Source of the DNA: Nitrospirota bacterium
GTDB lineage: Bacteria; Nitrospirota; UBA9217
Assembly (NCBI GenBank): GCA_963790205.1
Contig: CAWBNQ010000001.1
Location: 576,001 to 640,000, forward strand
DNA length: 64,000 bases
Direction: 5' to 3'
Part shown: positions 26,270 through 34,695 of the stretch, in pieces
Layout of the letters: each line of letters starts with the position of its first letter
How positions within the stretch are numbered: position 1 is the stretch's first letter
The notes under the pieces: model-generated
Seen by the model: only the letters and a program-made list of their open reading frames with translations
What the model was told of the DNA's origin: nothing
Database searches by the model: none
Translations under genes and position numbers: made by a program

Positions 26270-27431
26270 GGCCGGCCCCTTCTTCGTTTAGATTGTAGAC
26301 TACTTCCTGCGTGGTGTCATCCTCTTCATCGTCAACCGATAGACGCAGCTTGCCCTTTTCCGCCCGCAGCACTACCGACTGCCCCTCCATGCGGCCCACC
26401 ATGTAGAACGGCAGCTTGGGCTTCCCGCGGAGCGCCATCTCGAGGAGATTCTCCTGGATGCCATGCTCGATCGTCTTCCTGAGCTCGCTCTGGATCTCAA
26501 AATACCGGTCCGCGGGACACAGGCCGCCGATCCCCTGGTGCGGTCGTTTGTGGTTGTAATACTTCACCCACTGCCGTATCCGCTCGGCGGCGTCCTCGAA
26601 GCTATCGAACTGCGCTCTGACAAGAAACTCCAGGTAGATCGTCTTCCAGAACCGTTCGATTTTGCCCAGGGTCATAGGGTGGTGTGGTTGGGATTTGATG
26701 TGGTGGATCTTGTCTTTCTTGAGCTCCAGCTCAAAACGGCTGTGCCCGCGCCAGCTCGTATACTGCCGCCCGTTATCCGTGAGCATCTCTTTCGGCGGGT
26801 TGTACTCGGAGGACGCCCGGCGGTATACCTCGATAACGTTCTGGCCCGTCTGAGTGCGGAAAAGCTCGAGCCCCGTGATGTAGCGGGAGTAATCATCGAT
26901 GTAGCCGATCAGGTACGCATAGTGGCCGCCAAGACGGAACGTGAAGATGTCCGTTTGCCACAGCTGGTTCGGCGTTGATCGTTCGAAAAAACGGGGACGG
27001 GTGATATTACGCTGACGCTTCTTAGGCGGGGACTTGATGAGGGATGAATCGTGAAGGGTCTTGCGGACTGTTTCAGGGCTGGCGGAAAGAAAAAACGCCC
27101 TCTTTAAAACCTGTGAAATGCGCTTGATGCCGAAGAGCGGGTTGGCTTCTTTTACCTCGACGATCTTCTGCCTTACCGGAGAAGGAAGACTGCGCCCCTT
27201 ACCTCTGTAATGCGTTGCGAGCCCCGCTTCGCCATGACGACGATAGTCGCGCACCCAGCGCCCGACCGTCCCACTGCTCAATCCGCATTCCTGCCGAATC
27301 ACCGAAGCAGGGACGCTTTCTTCAACAAACTTTTTGACGACTTGAAGCTTGAAATCCGGTCCATACCGCTTGCTTCGTTTCGGGAACTTCCTTTTCCTGC
27401 CTACTTGCTGTATACTCTTTTCTGGTTTCAT
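25884..27431 (-). CDS. IS481-like transposase (HTH plus rve DDE)
   Basis: PNQLWQTD, LTDNGRQY, GKIERFW, YNHKRPHQG; AGGAG RBS. Confidence 0.92.
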   Translation of the reverse strand: MKPEKSIQQVGRKRKFPKRSKRYGPDFKLQVVKKFVEESVPASVIRQECGLSSGTVGRWVRDYRRHGEAGLATHYRGKGRSLPSPVRQKIVEVKEANPLFGIKRISQVLKRAFFLSASPETVRKTLHDSSLIKSPPKKRQRNITRPRFFERSTPNQLWQTDIFTFRLGGHYAYLIGYIDDYSRYITGLELFRTQTGQNVIEVYRRASSEYNPPKEMLTDNGRQYTSWRGHSRFELELKKDKIHHIKSQPHHPMTLGKIERFWKTIYLEFLVRAQFDSFEDAAERIRQWVKYYNHKRPHQGIGGLCPADRYFEIQSELRKTIEHGIQENLLEMALRGKPKLPFYMVGRMEGQSVVLRAEKGKLRLSVDDEEDDTTQEVVYNLNEEGAGHGKNGEDKKREEAADDKPRGDGEMPGGSLNMDGAAEAGGSMPGDGDTVDGALPVAETGDGGNAPGSGTPGDPGQGAGAQPAAADDAGEKAPDAPGTEQAGKDAVEGAGSKETGEAKGPEARKLPPAQG

Positions 27432-27515
27432 GATGACACTCCTTTCAAAACCTAACTTTGGAGTGTCACCCTATTTCCTCAAATCCTTGTTATCATAAAC
27501 TGGTCGCTAGGACAC

Positions 27516-27622
27516 CACGAAGAGTGCCCTGTTCTTTTCTGTACTCACCATTCGCAACTACAAATAAATCGAAAGGTTTTCTGAAAACCGGATTAAGCTG
27601 GCCGTTGCTCCAAGTAGAGTTC
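27516..27622 (-). pseudogene. Second serine recombinase C-terminal remnant
   Basis: Translates NSTWSNGQLNPVFRKPFDLFVVANGEYRKEQGTLR versus NSSWSDDRLNPVFRNPFQLLAVTNDTYKKEQGTLR in the first copy; 23-nt identity with 21240-21262. Confidence 0.85.
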
Positions 27623-27650
27623 TGGTAAGGGGAATTACGGCATTCTCAGT

Positions 27651-27679
27651 TTGACAAGGTGTGCCATAAGTGTTACACT
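27651..27679 (+). promoter_or_regulatory. Sigma70 promoter of the TA operon
   Basis: TTGACA-17 nt-TACACT. Confidence 0.7.
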
Positions 27680-27701
27680 ATGTCTCGTGGAGGTGATGGT
27701 T

Positions 27702-27926
27702 ATGCCGGTAAAAAATCCAAGGATCAATGTGGTTTTTGAAAAGCCGATTTACAGCACAATCGAACGACTTGCAATAAAGGAAGGTATTTCTCTGTCGCTC
27801 AAGGTGCGTGATCTCGTAAAAGAAGCGCTTGAGATCGAAGAGGATATCGCGCTTTCTGCATTTGCGGAGAAAAGAGAGAAGACGTTCACAAAGTCTAAAG
27901 CTTTGAAACACCACGAGGTCTGGTGA
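27702..27926 (+). CDS. Type II antitoxin, RHH-type
   Basis: MPVKNPRINVV...SLSLKVRDLVKEALEIEED; GGAGGTG RBS; directly upstream of a RelE-like toxin. Confidence 0.8.
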   Translation: MPVKNPRINVVFEKPIYSTIERLAIKEGISLSLKVRDLVKEALEIEEDIALSAFAEKREKTFTKSKALKHHEVW

Positions 27927-28205
27927 TCGTGCCGTTTGGGCTGAGATATCATCCGGACGTCAAGGCAATTGATATTCTCCGACTTGACGCAAAGCTGAAA
28001 ACCCGCATTAAGCACGCCATTGAAACGAGACTCACAACGGAACCTCAGCAGTATGGCGCACCTTTACGGAAAACACTTCATGGTTACTGGAAGCTGCGCG
28101 TAGGTGATTACCGTGTTGTTTTTAAGATCGTCGGGTCAGAAGTCTGGATACTGGGCATCATACATAGAAAGTAAGGTCTATGAAGCAATAGAAAAGAGGC
28201 TCTGA
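27923..28205 (+). CDS. RelE/ParE family toxin, with an apparent +1 frameshift near 28170
   Basis: YGAPLRKTLHGYWKLRVGDYRVVF; the shifted frame gives ...KVYEAIEKRL*. Confidence 0.85.
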
Positions 28206-28448
28206 TTAATAGCCAGGCTCTTTTAGGAGTTTTTTTGCCAGGGTTTGTAGCAGGCATATCGCATTTGGAGAAGGGAAGATATTACTTGCTTCGTCTACAA
28301 AGGGAGCCATACCTTTCCAAGGGGCTGCTTTAAAGCGGCGAAACCGGCCCTTTTCATTTCCCTGCCTTTCAACTTGCCTTTTCCTGCTAATTATATTATC
28401 GTTATCACCTTGTGATGCATTCGTAATATATAAGGAAGCGACTCGCTA

Positions 28449-29927
28449 ATGGCCTCGTTGATCATTAAAAAACGGATACAGCTCCCGCTGCCGTCGGACG
28501 ACGACCGGCGGGCGGACGCCGAGCGCATTAAAGACACGCTCGGGCTTGCGCCAGTCGCGATCCCGCTTTCGGTCTTGAAAAAGGTCTCCGCGCAGATCAA
28601 GAAGCAGAAGGGCGCCCTCTCGTGCATCGTAGGACGCACGGGGAACAGTTATAAGCTCATCGATACCGGGTGCGAGCACTCGTACTCCCTCGCCCTCGAC
28701 CTCGGCACCACGAATCTCGTTCTTCTCCTCTACGACAATATCTCTCAGCAAACGCTCCTCTCCCAGAGCTTCGAGAACCCCCAGATCGCCTTCGGGAGCG
28801 ACATCCTCACGCGTATGCACCATGCCATGTCCGCGCGCGCGAACGAGGTCTACGGCTCGCTCAAGGAAGGCATCAATCGGGCCGCGAAAACGCTGTGCGA
28901 AAAAGCAGGGATCGCAGCCGATGACGTGCACACCTTCGTCGTTGCCGGCAACACGGTTATGAGCCATTTCTTTCTCGGCCTTGATATCAGCACCATCCCG
29001 GTGGACCCTTTCGTGCCCGTGGTCAGGACGCCGGGGTTCTTCACGGCTTCTGAGCTCGGCCTGGACATAAATCCCGAAGCGCTCGTGTACGTGTTCCCGA
29101 ATGCAGGCAGCTACGTGGGGGGCGATACCGTGGCCGGGATCATCGCGGCGGGGATCCACCGTTCAACCAGGATATCGGTCCTGATCGACGTGGGAACCAA
29201 TGCCGAGATCGTGATCGGGAACAAAGACTGGATGCTGGTCGGCGCCGGGGCCGCCGGTCCGGCGCTTGAAGAGGGTATTACGCGGATCGGGAAGCGGGCG
29301 AGCAAGGGCATCATCTACGACGTCGAGATCAAAAGCGGATCGATCGCCTGCAAGACTTTCGACGAGCACGCGCCCGAGGGCATTTGCGGCTCGGGCATGG
29401 TGAGCCTGCTCTTTGAGCTCTACAACGCCGGGACCATAGACAAGAGCGGCGTGCTGAACCCCGCCAAAAAAAATGTGGTGCTTGTCGAAGGCGAGCCCGC
29501 CTACGCCATCGTCTGCGGCTGCGGCGACGCGCTTTATATCCGGCAGAGCGAGCTCCAGAACTTCATGAAGTCGAAGGCGGCCATGTTCACCCTGCTCCTG
29601 GTGCTCGTACGCTCCGTGGGGATCGGGTTCAAGGACATCGCCCGCGTCTTTGTCTCCGGCGCGCTCGGCACCGGCATCGACGCGAACAAGGCCGTGGCCA
29701 TCGGCATGCTCCCTGCCTGGCCCGCGGCAATCGTGAAACCCCTCGGCAACTCGTCTCTTGAAGGCGCGCGCCTGCTGCTCGTCGACGGCGAGCTGGTCCA
29801 AACGATCGACGCGGTCACTGCGAAGATCACCTACAAGCATATGCACGACGACCCGGAATTCATGAAGGAATACCTCGGTGCGGTGTTCATCCCCCATACG
29901 AACCTCGAGCTGCTGAAGGCGACGTAA
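28449..29927 (+). CDS. ASKHA-domain (DUF4445/RACo-like) reductive activator of corrinoid proteins
   Basis: ALDLGTT, NPQIAFGSDILTR, YVGGD, IDVGTNAE, AGPALE, GICGSG; no N-terminal ferredoxin domain. Confidence 0.85.
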   Translation: MASLIIKKRIQLPLPSDDDRRADAERIKDTLGLAPVAIPLSVLKKVSAQIKKQKGALSCIVGRTGNSYKLIDTGCEHSYSLALDLGTTNLVLLLYDNISQQTLLSQSFENPQIAFGSDILTRMHHAMSARANEVYGSLKEGINRAAKTLCEKAGIAADDVHTFVVAGNTVMSHFFLGLDISTIPVDPFVPVVRTPGFFTASELGLDINPEALVYVFPNAGSYVGGDTVAGIIAAGIHRSTRISVLIDVGTNAEIVIGNKDWMLVGAGAAGPALEEGITRIGKRASKGIIYDVEIKSGSIACKTFDEHAPEGICGSGMVSLLFELYNAGTIDKSGVLNPAKKNVVLVEGEPAYAIVCGCGDALYIRQSELQNFMKSKAAMFTLLLVLVRSVGIGFKDIARVFVSGALGTGIDANKAVAIGMLPAWPAAIVKPLGNSSLEGARLLLVDGELVQTIDAVTAKITYKHMHDDPEFMKEYLGAVFIPHTNLELLKAT

Positions 29928-30038
29928 TGGAAATCAACCTTTGATGAACTCGTAATAAGTCAAGATTTGCTACAAAAATCCACAAAAAGCACAAAGGTAA
30001 AACCTTAAAAAACCCAAAGGATTTTTTTGAGAGACGTC

Positions 30039-30109
30039 TATCCGCAGATTACGCAGATAAAAGCGAATCCGAATTCTGGTTTTAAAATCTGCGTCCATCT
30101 GCGTAATCT
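30039..30109. repeat. REP-like palindrome targeted by the IS110 element; second arm completed at 31533-31539
   Basis: TATCCGCAGATTACGCAGAT (30039-30058) is the exact reverse complement of ATCTGCGTAATCT (30097-30109) joined to GCGGATA (31533-31539). Confidence 0.9.
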
Positions 30110-30130
30110 TCTATGTTAAAAAGCAAGTCT

Positions 30131-30378
30131 TTCTTTTGGCATAAACGCATCTCTTTTATTAAGGAGCGATTTATAGCGAACGCAATCTTCAAACCCAATC
30201 TTCTATGAGCAGACAGTCTTCGTTGATGAAGAAAACGCTGCATTGCCTTGATTAATTATGAAGGCGTGGGTTCGTAGTCTGTGGAAGCACAGACGGCATC
30301 TTTCGATCCGCTGTAGATTACGCAAGACGATACCCACGGTGAAACACGGGTTTAAGATCGGCTATAAATATCGGTTTT
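30131..30378 (-). ncRNA. Bridge/seekRNA region of the IS1111-type element (ends approximate)
   Basis: Stem-internal loop-stem with guides UGCGUAAUCU (30324-30315) and UCCACAGA (30285-30278) matching the insertion site; donor match at 30199-30207. Confidence 0.8.
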
Positions 30379-31449
30379 TTATTGAACAACCGCCGTAGTG
30401 TATTCTTGTTGGTTCTTTAAAACGTACCGGACGCGGTTTAACAGCTTCCGGGCGATCCGAACGATAGCTTTGGTCTTTGTCATGTGTTTGCACAGCTCAT
30501 TGAACGCCATCATTAGGGCAGGGTCTTTTCGCACCGCCGTCCAAGCGCTTTCGATCAAGACGAAGCGAAGCTGGGCGTTCCGCCTGCCGGTCATGCCGGT
30601 TTTAAGGTCCTTTTCCCCGCTGGAATCGGTATCGGGGATAAGGCCAACGTAGCTGCAGAGTTTGTCGAGCGTCTTGAAACGATTGATGTCATACAGCTCC
30701 GTCAAGAGCATCATCGCGGTCAAGGTACTGATTCCCGGCACGGTCTTAAGTATCCGGACATTGTTCCGATAGTCGTCCGAATTGGCCAGGGCGCGGATCG
30801 CCCGGTTCATCTCGGCAATGATATGCCGAAGATGCTTAAGCTCGTCTAAGTGTATCTTGAGTGATAGGTTGCCGCTGGCCCGCTCCATTTGTACGGACTC
30901 GATCCAATTGATGAAGCGTTTGGACCAGTAACCGTTGATGAAATCGTCCGGTATGTCGATACCGTAAAAGCTCAGGATCGACTTGATCTGGTTCTTGCAG
31001 CGAGTTTGTTTCCTTACCATGCTATTTCGAGTACGAAGGAGGCTGCGGTCCTCGACTTTTGGTCGCGTAGGGACATAGATCCCTTCGATGTCGCCGTTTC
31101 TGAGGCTCCGGGCTAGCTTGCGGCAGTCCACCCGGTCGGTCTTGCCTGCGCGCTCTTTGTCTTTTGTGGGCACATCCGCCGGATTGACCACGAGACATTG
31201 TATGCCTCGCTCCTGAAGCCGGTCATGTATCCAGAAACCGGAGTAACCGGCCTCATAGACCGACTTATAGGCTGCACCCGGAAAATTGCGTTTGAGATAG
31301 TTTACCAGCACCCCGACCTCCGGAGGTTGTGAAAAGGTCTTATGCTCGAACTGATCGGTAAAAATACTGATGCTCCAACTTTTCTTATGAATGTCCATAC
31401 CGACATAAATTTGTTGACCAGTGAAATCGAGTCTGCTAACGTTATTCAT
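30379..31449 (-). CDS. IS110 family DEDD recombinase/transposase
   Basis: GMDIHK, VYEAG, KTDRVD (DEDD), VPGIS, DSSGE (catalytic Ser region). Confidence 0.97.
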   Translation of the reverse strand: MNNVSRLDFTGQQIYVGMDIHKKSWSISIFTDQFEHKTFSQPPEVGVLVNYLKRNFPGAAYKSVYEAGYSGFWIHDRLQERGIQCLVVNPADVPTKDKERAGKTDRVDCRKLARSLRNGDIEGIYVPTRPKVEDRSLLRTRNSMVRKQTRCKNQIKSILSFYGIDIPDDFINGYWSKRFINWIESVQMERASGNLSLKIHLDELKHLRHIIAEMNRAIRALANSDDYRNNVRILKTVPGISTLTAMMLLTELYDINRFKTLDKLCSYVGLIPDTDSSGEKDLKTGMTGRRNAQLRFVLIESAWTAVRKDPALMMAFNELCKHMTKTKAIVRIARKLLNRVRYVLKNQQEYTTAVVQ

Positions 31450-31636
31450 GGCAAGTCTCCTTTTGGTGTATTTTGGTCCGGGATAGACCTAATATACCTT
31501 AAGTCAGACTTGCCTTTTTAATCATAAGGTCTGCGGATAAAAAATGACCCGAGTAGTTACGGAGGATTTAAAATTACTCACTTCAAATCCTCAATTTGGC
31601 GCTTGAGATTCGGCATTTGCCAGATCGGAGCAGACC

Positions 31637-32938
31637 ATAAAGACCTATTTCGAGTTCGAGAAGCACAATACGGATTTTAAGAAAGAAACTTTGGCGGGGA
31701 TCACGACTTTCCTCACCATGTCCTACATCATCGTGGTAAACCCCGCGATCCTGGAGGCGGCGGGCATTCCCAAGGGGCCGTCAATGACCGCCACGATCCT
31801 CGCGGCCGCGTTCGGCACGCTTCTCATGGGCGTCTACGCCAAACGGCCGTTCGCCGTGGCGCCCTATATGGGCGAGAACGCCTTCATCGCCTTCACCGTG
31901 GTCAGGGCGTTCGGCGCCTCCTGGCAGACGGCGCTCGGCGCGATCTTCATCGCCGGCGTCCTGTTCACGCTGCTCACGGTCTTAAAAATACGCGGGTGGC
32001 TCGCGGGCACGCTCCCGCAGTCGCTCAAGTACAGCTTTGCCGCCGGCATCGGGCTCTTTCTGGCCTTCATAGGGCTGAACGAGACGGGCATCGCAGCGCT
32101 CGGCGTGGCCGGCGCGCCGGTCAGTCTCGGAAGGCTCTCGCAGCCCACGTCGCTGCTTGCGGTGCTGGGCTTCGCCGTGATGTCCTGGCTCATGATCAAA
32201 GGAGTGCGGGGCGCGATCGTCATCGGCGTGCTCGCGATCACGCTCCTGTCCTTTCTGTTCGGGATCACGCCGGCGCCGAGAGCATGGGTGGGCCTGCCGC
32301 CCTCGCCGGGGCCCCTCGTGCTTCAGCTGGACATCGCCGGCGCGCTCAGCCCGAAGAACCTGCCGATCGCCCTCATCATCTTTGTCATGGCCTTTGTGGA
32401 CACCGTGGGCACGCTCATCGGCCTGTCGGCGCGCGGCGGCTTTCTCGACGAAAAAGGAAATCTGCCGGAGATCGAAAAACCCATGCTCGCCGACGCTGTT
32501 GCGAACCTGATCGCGCCCGTGCTCGGAACCACGACGACCGGCGCCTATATCGAGTCCGCAGCCGGGATCGAAGAAGGCGGCCGTACGGGCTTCACCGCCC
32601 TCGTGGTCTCCGGTCTGTTCCTGCTTGCCCTGTTCTTTGCGCCGGTACTTACCGCCGTGCCGCCCCACGCCTACGGCGCAGCCCTCGTCGTGATCGGCGT
32701 TTTCATGATCAAACCGATCGCAAAGATCGACTTCAACGATTATACCGAGCTCATTCCGGCCTTTCTCACGATCTCGCTCATGATCTTCACCTACAACATC
32801 GGCGTGGGCATGACCGCCGGACTGCTTGCCTGGCCCGTGCTCAAAACAATGGCCGGAAGGGTCCGCGAGGTCCCGGCCGGCATGTGGGTCTTTGCCGCGC
32901 TCTCGCTGCTTTTCTATATTTTCTATCCCTACCGGTAA
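31637..32938 (+). CDS. NCS2/AzgA family purine permease (probable start at ATA 31637)
   Basis: KTYFEFEKHNTDFKKETLAGITTFLTMSYIIVVNPAIL, APYMGENAF, YIESAAGIEEGGRTG. Confidence 0.9.
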   Translation: MKTYFEFEKHNTDFKKETLAGITTFLTMSYIIVVNPAILEAAGIPKGPSMTATILAAAFGTLLMGVYAKRPFAVAPYMGENAFIAFTVVRAFGASWQTALGAIFIAGVLFTLLTVLKIRGWLAGTLPQSLKYSFAAGIGLFLAFIGLNETGIAALGVAGAPVSLGRLSQPTSLLAVLGFAVMSWLMIKGVRGAIVIGVLAITLLSFLFGITPAPRAWVGLPPSPGPLVLQLDIAGALSPKNLPIALIIFVMAFVDTVGTLIGLSARGGFLDEKGNLPEIEKPMLADAVANLIAPVLGTTTTGAYIESAAGIEEGGRTGFTALVVSGLFLLALFFAPVLTAVPPHAYGAALVVIGVFMIKPIAKIDFNDYTELIPAFLTISLMIFTYNIGVGMTAGLLAWPVLKTMAGRVREVPAGMWVFAALSLLFYIFYPYR

Positions 32939-33128
32939 CGAACCCCTGACTCGATCAGAATGAACTCTGGCGTGAGCGCATTCCCGGCGAATGCCTTTAC
33001 GAACCTTCATTTGCCGGAGGGACGTTCAATATTATTTACGGGTGGACCCGAATTTGGTATACTAAAACCTGTTGCGCGCACATCCGCGGTCCGAATACCG
33101 CGGGAGGCCGTGGAACGAGGAGAAAACC

Positions 33129-34025
33129 ATGGACATGATGAGCGATGATGTTCTGCTTGAGGAGCTCAAGCGGCGGTTTCTCGACACCAAGAAGGCGCTC
33201 TACGATCTTACGAAGATGAACGAAAAGATCGAGAAGCTGAATGTCAAGCTGGCCGAGTCGGAGCGGTTGAAAAGCGATTTCCTCTCGAACATCAGGAACG
33301 AGATCAACAACCCGCTGACCTCGATCCTGGGCCTGTCACGGGAGATCGCATCGGCAAAAAAGGACGAGCAGACGAAACAGCTCATGGCCCAGTCGATCTA
33401 CGACGAGGCGTTCGAACTCGATTTCCAGCTCCGGAACATCTTCATCGCCGCCGAGCTCGAGGCCGGAGAAACGCAGCTGAGCATCTCGCGCATAGACGTG
33501 ACGGCGTTCATCAAAAACCTGGTCAGCGCCTTCAGCCGCAAGGCGCGGAAAAAAAGTCTGACTGTGACATTCGCCTGCTGCGGGGCCCAGCCGGAGGACC
33601 AGGGCCTCCTGTTCAATACCGATGCCGAAAAACTCCACCGGGTGCTGGCGAACCTCCTGGCGAACGCCATCGAATACAACAAAGAAGGTAAAACAGTGCG
33701 CATCGAGGCACGGGAAGAGAACGGCGTCCTGCGGGTCTCTATCGCCGACGAGGGCATCGGCGTTCCGAAGCGGGAGCGGGAGCGCCTGTTCGACCGCTTC
33801 CACCAGCTCGACCGGGGCAGCACGAAAAAACACCGGGGGCACGGCCTCGGGTTAAGCACCACGAAGGCGCTCGTCGAAATGCTGGGCGGCAAAGTATCGG
33901 TTGCGGACGCCGACGGCGGCGGGTGCGTCTTCGACGTCGCCGTTCCCGAGGCGCCGGGCGCCGGGGACAACGTCCCCTCCGAGGACGGCAACGAGTTCCT
34001 GTTCGAAAACGAAAAGAAGTTTTGA
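33129..34025 (+). CDS. Cytoplasmic histidine-kinase-like protein lacking the phospho-His
   Basis: H-box reads FLSNIRNEINNPL; N box NLLANAIEY, G1 DEGIG, G2 GHGLGL intact. Confidence 0.85.
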   Translation: MDMMSDDVLLEELKRRFLDTKKALYDLTKMNEKIEKLNVKLAESERLKSDFLSNIRNEINNPLTSILGLSREIASAKKDEQTKQLMAQSIYDEAFELDFQLRNIFIAAELEAGETQLSISRIDVTAFIKNLVSAFSRKARKKSLTVTFACCGAQPEDQGLLFNTDAEKLHRVLANLLANAIEYNKEGKTVRIEAREENGVLRVSIADEGIGVPKRERERLFDRFHQLDRGSTKKHRGHGLGLSTTKALVEMLGGKVSVADADGGGCVFDVAVPEAPGAGDNVPSEDGNEFLFENEKKF

Positions 34026-34063
34026 GGCGCTGTTCCCGCGCGCCGCACGAAGGTCGTCCACCC

Positions 34064-34552
34064 ATGAATGGTTCCGACAATTACAGCCACTATCTTATGC
34101 CGGGAAACATCTTTGCGCACCAGGACGAGTACACGGTAACGACGGTGCTCGGTTCCTGCGTTTCCGTTTGCCTCTGGGATCCCGCGCGAAGGCTCGGCGG
34201 GATCAACCACTTCATGCTGCCGCTCTGGAACGGTGACGGGCTGGCTTCGCCCCGCTACGGCAACATCGCCATCACAAAGCTTATCGAGAAGATGCTCGAG
34301 CTTGGCGCCGACCGGAACAATCTCAAGGCTAAGGTCTTCGGCGGCGGCGACGTGCTCAAAGTGACAAGCACCTTCATGAACATCGGTGCGCGCAATGTCG
34401 TGCTGGCCCAGGACCTGTTGCGCGATGAGAAGATCCCGATCATCAGCGCCGATACGGGCGGCCAGAACGGCCGGAAGCTCCTGTACAACACCCGCAGCGG
34501 CGTCGTGCTTGTCAAATTGCTCAAGAAACAGATCGACGACATCAATATCTGA
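34064..34552 (+). CDS. cheD: Chemoreceptor glutamine deamidase CheD
   Basis: TVLGSCVSVCL, GGINHFMLP, AKVFGG, IGARN, DTGG. Confidence 0.92.
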   Translation: MNGSDNYSHYLMPGNIFAHQDEYTVTTVLGSCVSVCLWDPARRLGGINHFMLPLWNGDGLASPRYGNIAITKLIEKMLELGADRNNLKAKVFGGGDVLKVTSTFMNIGARNVVLAQDLLRDEKIPIISADTGGQNGRKLLYNTRSGVVLVKLLKKQIDDINI

Positions 34553-34695
34553 CCTGCTTTCCGGGCAGACCCATTGACAGACTGGCCATAATTTGCTAGA
34601 GTTTCACGGCTGAAGTTCCGTACGCGGTTTCACCGGTCGCTCTCTTCGGGGCCATAAGCATTCCGGGCGGGTCCGGGTCAAGGAGGTTAAAGCAT

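Larger units (their letters stand above)
24406..27514 (-). mobile_element. 3.1-kb IS481/IS3-like element with TGT...ACA ends, four ORFs and two DDE transposases
   Basis: Imperfect IRs of about 50 bp: TGTGCACGCTAGCAGTTTATGATAA..GGGTGACACT versus TGTCCTAGCGACCAGTTTATGATAA..GGGTGACACT; no target duplication visible. Confidence 0.85.
30110..31532 (-). mobile_element. IS110 family, IS1111-type insertion sequence (TCT core, subterminal IRs)
   Basis: Subterminal IRs 30112-30130 and 31506-31526; TCT at both junctions; long non-coding region 3' of the transposase. Confidence 0.92.

Noticed and set aside
24395..27525. Target-site duplication around the two-transposase IS
   Set aside because: Flanks (GAGAATAAG and CCACGAAGA) do not match.
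21141..28205. Intact prophage, ICE or complete DISARM system
   Set aside because: No structural, conjugation or other drm genes; recombinases and helicase are truncated.
30208..30264. Second donor guide of the bridge RNA
   Set aside because: Only CCTT of the expected AGACCTTAT is present beside the stem, too weak to assert.
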